Shown here piece by piece: positions 61,701-64,000 of a stretch of 64,000 nt of DNA (position 1 is its first letter; each line of letters begins with the position of its first letter). A program made the position numbers and the translations under genes. The DNA is from Phoronis australis. Its lineage: Eukaryota; Animalia; Phoronida. The notes under the pieces were generated by a model, which saw nothing but the letters and a program-made list of their open reading frames with translations, was not told the origin of the DNA and searched no databases. Location of the stretch: assembly GCA_002633005.1 (NCBI GenBank), contig NMRA01000414.1, positions 62,001 to 126,000 on the forward strand. The letters run 5' to 3'.

Positions 61701-63973
61701 TTTGAATTTGTTGTGTGTTTTCCTAACCGCACAAATGATTGAACAATATTCTGTAATTACCAACTGACTACAAGCTCAAGTCGGGACTGAAATGTAAAAA
61801 AGATGCGTTGCGGTAAAGGTCTTCAGTGCATTTGACAGAATGACGAGCAATAATCGTCGCGTTCTTTGTTCATGTTGTTTAAACACTACATCGTTTGTGG
61901 CTAAATGGTTGAAATGCCATGCCTTCTCATAGTTTGTTTCTGGTTTGGAGGGTGTCAGAGCTCGGTTTCACCATGTTCTTTTTTTTAAAAAAGATTGTTG
62001 GTTTCCTGTGTTAAAGGCATCACCGTGTAAAAGTATGATGTTCACAAAACTACTGTCATTTCGTGGCTGACAGTTTTCTCTTTATGCACGCACGGTATTT
62101 AAAAATTTGATTCTAGGGTAGGGAGGCAGCAATAACACCTGCAAATGTATAGAGAAAACAATTGGTGTTTGCAGAATCAATCTTAAGTAAGCAGTACCAT
62201 GTTCCTCTTGTTGGTTTGATTCATTATTTTGAATTTGAAATTACTCTAAACAACATACTTGAAAACTGTGGCAAGATGAATGCTAACAGATTCATAGTTT
62301 GTGAGAAATTCCCTAATAAACTGGAGAAAGCAGTAAACAAAGAGAACTCAGTCTTGTCAGCTGTGAAAAAAGCTCATGATGGGTTGTAATGGCACGGTCA
62401 GTTACGGAGAACATGTTTCATGGTGGAACAGAAAGTTGACACCCCCACTTGCTGTAAAACTCTTCATTTGCCAGAATGCCGTCTTGTGCCGTTGTCTGTG
62501 AGGTCAGTGGAATCTTTAGGTAGTCAGTGTTTAGTTGTTGTGCATAATGCGTTGTCCTCCTCATTTGTTTGTAGGAGACTACCGGCCCGAGAGCGCACAC
62601 TCCGTCAACATAGGTTGTTCTGTGTTCTGTTCCATTTTGCTCTCAGTTGTCGTTGCATAGTTTATGTCTACACACCAAAGCTTGCCATTTCAAAACTGCG
62701 TCATAACGTGCACAAACAAAACTTCAGCAACCGTTTTGCGTCCAGAGTGTTGCGTTATTTGCCGTTGCACAGGGTGACGCACGAGATTTATTATGATTTT
62801 GGCTTGTGGATTATGATGAACTGAATTTTGTCTACGAGTTTTTGTTGTGTGCAGTATTGAGATGGTGTGCAGTCTTTAAATCTCTTTTTATCCTTATTAG
62901 GCCTCGACTGCATGAATTGGAGTCATTGGCCTTACTGACTTCTGCTGCTTGTAATTTGAGCGTTAACTGCATGTATTCCGCTACACCTTGCCAACGTGGT
63001 CCTTGCACTTCACAGCACAACTAGTTACACACCCATTGACAGCATGCACGTCGAGCACTTAGAGATGATTAGGGGCAATGTGTTTGTCCCATTAATTTTG
63101 TATGAATTGAAAGGTTGATTATTACTCGAAGTCGCAATGCACATTTTTACTGATAAAAATTATACTAATACTTGGCAGAAATCTTATTCTGTTAAAGACC
63201 AATATATTTGTAAGACACGATGCAAACCAATTGTACATTAATTTGATTAGATGTCACATTTTTGTGATGCAAACCATGGTCCCATTATGTAGATCATAGA
63301 TTGATCTCTGGAGTTTGAATGAATTTTCTTTTTGTTTTTATTTGAAAATATGCTGTTGAATATCAACCGAAGCCAATTTATGAACCTATTGCCTAATCAT
63401 CTACTCAATATCAAGCCGTTTGTATGGCCGTAGTAGACTATGGCCGTAGTAGACCTATGTCCAGCAGATCTGCTAGGGGTTTGTATGTGTTTTAGCGTCT
63501 GTATAGAGTTGTACAGATTTTGCACATTGTCTCACCCGTGCGTAGTTGAAAACATAGTTATGTAGGTTTTAGTTAACTCTAGTACGACCATCGTCTCGTG
63601 CTAATGTAACGGTTAATGAGTGAATACTCGCTCCTTTTCAGTCGCCAATAAAGACCGCCCTCCATCCTCTAGTCAAGCAGCCAAGCTACAGGCGCAGGCT
63701 GCAAGTAAAAAGGGTGCCAAGAGCAAAGACAAGAAGGATCATAAGAAAGAGGGGTCAAGGCCACCTTCACAGGCATTCGACCTGAGTAAGCCGCACTGGA
63801 CATTGCGATTCGTCAGCGATGCCAACCAGAGTGAAGAGGTTGAAGTTCGTAAGGACACAGAGAGGGCTGATGAGATTCGAGCGATGAAGAGAGCTTGGGA
63901 GGATGCAGAGCCTGGGCGGGCAGCCAAGGCATTACAGTCGCGGCAAAAGTACCTCAATACCCACATGATTAAG
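22729..63973 (+). CDS. ADGB: Androglobin (calpain-like + circularly permuted globin + IQ motif), multi-exon, 3' end beyond window
   Basis: 34 GT-AG exons join in frame (4638 nt). Peptides MASRQAKKK, IWPEFNDNDINAEKW, HFFEDPEGKIELPP, LMRWIVSEV, GCWRKVIVDD, ELWPMLLTKAL, ESCRF..DLTNCHCP, IQRNWR and KDTERADEIRAMKRAWE match my recollection of human androglobin in order. Confidence 0.96.
22839..22850 (+). promoter_or_regulatory. YY1 consensus CAAGATGGCGGC
   Basis: Exact YY1 motif 45 bp into the intron after the conserved first exon, a typical promoter-proximal position. Confidence 0.5.
23710..23963. mobile_element. MITE with PIF/Harbinger-like terminal inverted repeats
   Basis: AGGCCTGTTTC...GAAACAGGCCT; internal similarity to 59830-60125. 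Confidence 0.6.
24682..24713 (+). CDS. ADGB: Candidate alternative first exon V13 (MTSQHNTAKHR)
   Basis: GCAATG start, open to CAG|GTAAAA; 32 nt = phase 2. Confidence 0.3.
25776..25955. repeat. 44-bp minisatellite, 4 copies
   Basis: TTCATCACACTCATACTAGAATCATGCTGTAGAAGGCTGGTCCT x4, one substitution in copy 4. Confidence 0.95.
28664..28748 (+). CDS. ADGB: ADGB first shared exon (AASIAGAGRQKLNIWPEFNDNDINAEKW)
   Basis: Strong pyrimidine tract + CAG; GTAAGT donor; phase 2 to 0. Confidence 0.92.
29883..30016 (-). mobile_element. Diverged copy of the SINE-like element at 35685
   Basis: Shared blocks CACGCCACCTGTTGG, GAAAAGATTTCTGC, GAACCC, TGCTAAC in the same order. Confidence 0.6.
30924..30936. 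promoter_or_regulatory. RFX X-box-like motif GTTACTAGGCAAC (intronic)
   Basis: Near-consensus 13-bp X-box. Confidence 0.4.
32120..32167 (+). CDS. ADGB: ADGB exon (DAAHKGKKEDKGKSPV)
   Basis: CAG acceptor, GTAAGT donor, phase 0-0. Confidence 0.9.
32963..33061 (+). CDS. ADGB: ADGB exon, start of calpain-like domain (VQHFFEDPEGKIELPP...WKRPHDFIFDK)
   Basis: FED and WKRP calpain N-terminal motifs; AG/GT boundaries. Confidence 0.93.
33118..33368. mobile_element. MITE with PIF/Harbinger-like terminal inverted repeats
   Basis: GAGCCCGTTCCAAGAAACTGAC...GTCAGTTTTCCTGGAACAGGCCC imperfect inverted repeats, CTTAAG-rich interior. Confidence 0.55.
34874..34954 (+). CDS. ADGB: ADGB exon (TPTVVDQEAGMHVFDLLQANEHITHSE)
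   Basis: CAG/GTATGA boundaries, phase 0-0. Confidence 0.92.
35363..35587 (+). CDS. ADGB: ADGB exon (LMRWIVSEV...YNSHGKYAVRVWWL)
   Basis: Calpain GKYxVR motif; CAG/GTAAGT. Confidence 0.95.
35685..35836 (-). mobile_element. tRNA-derived SINE-like element
   Basis: Minus strand shows A box TGGCTCAGTGG and B box GGTTCGAGTCC; a diverged copy lies at about 29883-30016. Confidence 0.65.
36898..37037 (+). CDS. ADGB: ADGB exon (GCWRKVIVDDLMP...ELWPMLLTKALVKVASL)
   Basis: Calpain GxWxxVxVDD and ELWxxLLxKA motifs; phase 0-2. Confidence 0.95.
37064..38138. repeat. 538-bp tandem duplication joined at an N
   Basis: 37064-37600 and 37602-38138 nearly identical; n at 37601. Confidence 0.92.
38328..38417 (+). 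CDS. ADGB: ADGB exon (YNGGNSSCEFGDFSPIHCLTGWLPETIPL)
   Basis: LTGW.PE calpain motif; phase 2-2. Confidence 0.93.
39443..39569 (+). CDS. ADGB: ADGB exon (YGHVNEIWNLLKQVVPEFKLP...)
   Basis: CAG/GTGAGT; phase 2-0. Confidence 0.9.
42018..42192 (+). CDS. ADGB: ADGB exon, Lys/Asp/Gly-rich linker
   Basis: CAG/GTGAGT; phase 0-1; KGKDGKDDKGKDK low complexity. Confidence 0.88.
42497..42615 (+). CDS. ADGB: ADGB exon (EKLASPETE...VSILAEM)
   Basis: CAG/GTAAGC; phase 1-0. Confidence 0.88.
43295..43472 (+). CDS. ADGB: ADGB exon (ADASERLRQAGLSHLFPHPVWMTQTRSCPL...WKLIRPKK)
   Basis: Androglobin-specific block; phase 0-1. Confidence 0.93.
44695..44788 (+). CDS. ADGB: ADGB exon (EPDPPKPIQCVEITSPFVNYKVSPIPIPTD)
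   Basis: CAG/GTATGT; phase 1-2. Confidence 0.9.
45276..45459 (+). CDS. ADGB: ADGB exon, acidic/Pro-rich linker
   Basis: TAG/GTAAGG; phase 2-0. Confidence 0.87.
45963..46206 (+). CDS. ADGB: ADGB exon, Lys-rich linker (ELKAAKPGTPQK...DIKDK)
   Basis: CAG/GTAAGT; phase 0-1. Confidence 0.88.
46389..46548 (+). CDS. ADGB: ADGB exon ending calpain-like domain (LWMDWDIFCKCF)
   Basis: Calpain WMxxxDF-type motif; phase 1-2; an in-frame acceptor at 46395 is also possible. Confidence 0.88.
47120..47183 (+). CDS. ADGB: ADGB exon (TLIIYHKPNTYPNRTPQSDLK)
   Basis: CAG/GTGAGT; phase 2-0. Confidence 0.9.
48838..48928 (+). CDS. ADGB: ADGB exon (NVVSSSKGDKK...APHYL)
   Basis: CAG acceptor; ends at U12-type donor GTATCCTTT; phase 0-1. 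Confidence 0.87.
48929..49425 (+). other. U12-type (minor spliceosome) GT-AG intron
   Basis: 5' GTATCCTTT and branch site CCTTAAC (49409-49415) about 10 nt before TAG, with no long pyrimidine tract; splicing restores HYLFVDNLKP. Confidence 0.88.
48956..49047. repeat. 45-bp tandem repeat, 2 copies
   Basis: CTGAAGATTCT..GTGGTTAGCTCTAAAGAGGTG..TCAGGGA twice. Confidence 0.85.
49426..49587 (+). CDS. ADGB: ADGB exon (VDNLKPTEIVVSFSSFSRWFD...)
   Basis: Phase 1-1; GTAAGA donor. Confidence 0.9.
50119..50272 (+). CDS. ADGB: ADGB exon (GLLVAEPYSWKSLITGQPILRL...LSLPEG)
   Basis: CAG/GTGAGT; phase 1-2. Confidence 0.92.
50590..50704 (+). CDS. ADGB: ADGB exon (RHVLRFTMTAPYGYHVLLCSTVPFVFGMEEEVMSHLTK)
   Basis: CAG/GTAAAC; phase 2-0. 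Confidence 0.92.
51284..51451 (+). CDS. ADGB: ADGB exon, globin E-F helices with proximal His (codon 51401-51403)
   Basis: ESCRFVDNATQVIRKIGDCIKNFSD...DLTNCHCPY; CAG/GTAAGT. Confidence 0.93.
51860..51921 (-). mobile_element. tRNA-derived SINE-like head
   Basis: Minus strand GTGGCTCAGTGGTT...GTTTGAATCCTGGC (A box and degenerate B box). Confidence 0.45.
51954..52104 (+). CDS. ADGB: ADGB exon, globin G-H helices (LFNDSLYHTLRKAL...EMAFAWRALNFD)
   Basis: H-helix AW motif; donor GTACGT at 52105 (alternative GT at 52099, same phase). Confidence 0.9.
53197..53247 (+). CDS. ADGB: ADGB short exon (TGATSHRGSAKPGKGK)
   Basis: TTTCCAG/GTGAGT; phase 1-1. Confidence 0.82.
53723..53752 (+). CDS. ADGB: Candidate ADGB microexon (SDHHHDNQM)
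   Basis: CCTAG/GTAGGT; 30 nt, symmetric phase 1-1, open. Confidence 0.55.
55320..55359 (+). CDS. ADGB: ADGB short exon (DVTDKTLEKWIDR)
   Basis: AAG/GTGAGT; supplies the required phase 1 to 2 change. Confidence 0.8.
56193..56381 (+). CDS. ADGB: ADGB exon, IQ motif (AAVKIQRNWRLLYVR) and globin A-B helices
   Basis: IQxxWR calmodulin-binding motif followed by LQKAWAVL; phase 2-2. Confidence 0.94.
56956..57090 (+). CDS. ADGB: ADGB exon (TLFKHDPELMSKYPFHKDEW...WFIVFR)
   Basis: Globin B/C-like LFKxxPE; TAG/GTGAGA; phase 2-2. Confidence 0.92.
57496..57840 (+). CDS. ADGB: ADGB exon (EIFYVSEEM...NKKGYTFVAEA...NIIFR)
   Basis: 345 nt open; CAG/GTAATG; phase 2-2. Confidence 0.94.
57822..57889. repeat. 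34-bp tandem duplication spanning an exon/intron boundary
   Basis: AGAAGAATATCATCTTCAGGTAATGTGATACTAC x2. Confidence 0.93.
58058..58260 (+). CDS. ADGB: ADGB exon (YTVRVTEDHLGSIQINTSKSDVYIRLSILD...)
   Basis: CAG/GTAAGT; phase 2-1. Confidence 0.93.
59154..59180 (+). CDS. ADGB: Candidate ADGB microexon (TIGTKTTT)
   Basis: CCCTCCTTTACAG acceptor, CAG|GTAGAT donor; 27 nt, phase 1-1. Confidence 0.55.
59830..60125. mobile_element. MITE with PIF/Harbinger-like terminal inverted repeats
   Basis: GGGATTTGTTTCATGAAAA...TTTTCATGAAACAGGTCCC; a related end lies at about 34517-34611. Confidence 0.65.
60353..60507 (+). CDS. ADGB: ADGB exon (MHAKSKMTS...EEERDTR)
   Basis: CAG/GTAGGT; phase 1-0. Confidence 0.87.
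61061..61172 (+). CDS. ADGB: ADGB exon (PHKYIIQATVLRNSWPLSQTAW...)
   Basis: Conserved HKYIIQ..SWPL block; phase 0-1. Confidence 0.92.
63642..63973 (+). CDS. ADGB: ADGB exon (...PHWTLRFVSD...KDTERADEIRAMKRAWEDAEPGRA...)
   Basis: Highly conserved androglobin C-terminal block; CAG/GTGAGT. Confidence 0.95.
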
Positions 63974-64000
63974 GTGAGTGTAATTATCGAGTTTTGGCGT

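Overview
Eukaryotic (metazoan, probably invertebrate) intron-rich genomic DNA, AT-rich, with a few N gaps. The ORF track is mostly noise. One gene dominates on the + strand: androglobin (ADGB), made of a calpain-like domain, a circularly permuted globin split by an IQ motif, and a C-terminal region. I traced 34 phase-consistent exons by hand from 22729 to 63973 (4638 nt, about 1546 aa); the gene continues past the window end. The most striking observation is in 1-25 kb: about 13 further short ATG-to-splice-donor segments, unrelated in sequence, all ending in intron phase 2 like the conserved first exon. Each could therefore splice in frame onto the shared exon at 28664, suggesting a large array of alternative first exons giving variable N-termini. 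This is inference and needs RNA data. Also seen: a U12-type minor intron, candidate cassette and microexons, a duplicated splice donor, RFX/YY1-like motifs, a 69-bp palindromic MITE with a 9-bp target-site duplication, PIF/Harbinger-like MITEs, tRNA-derived SINE-like heads and a probable assembly duplication. Comparisons with human ADGB are from memory, not a computed alignment.
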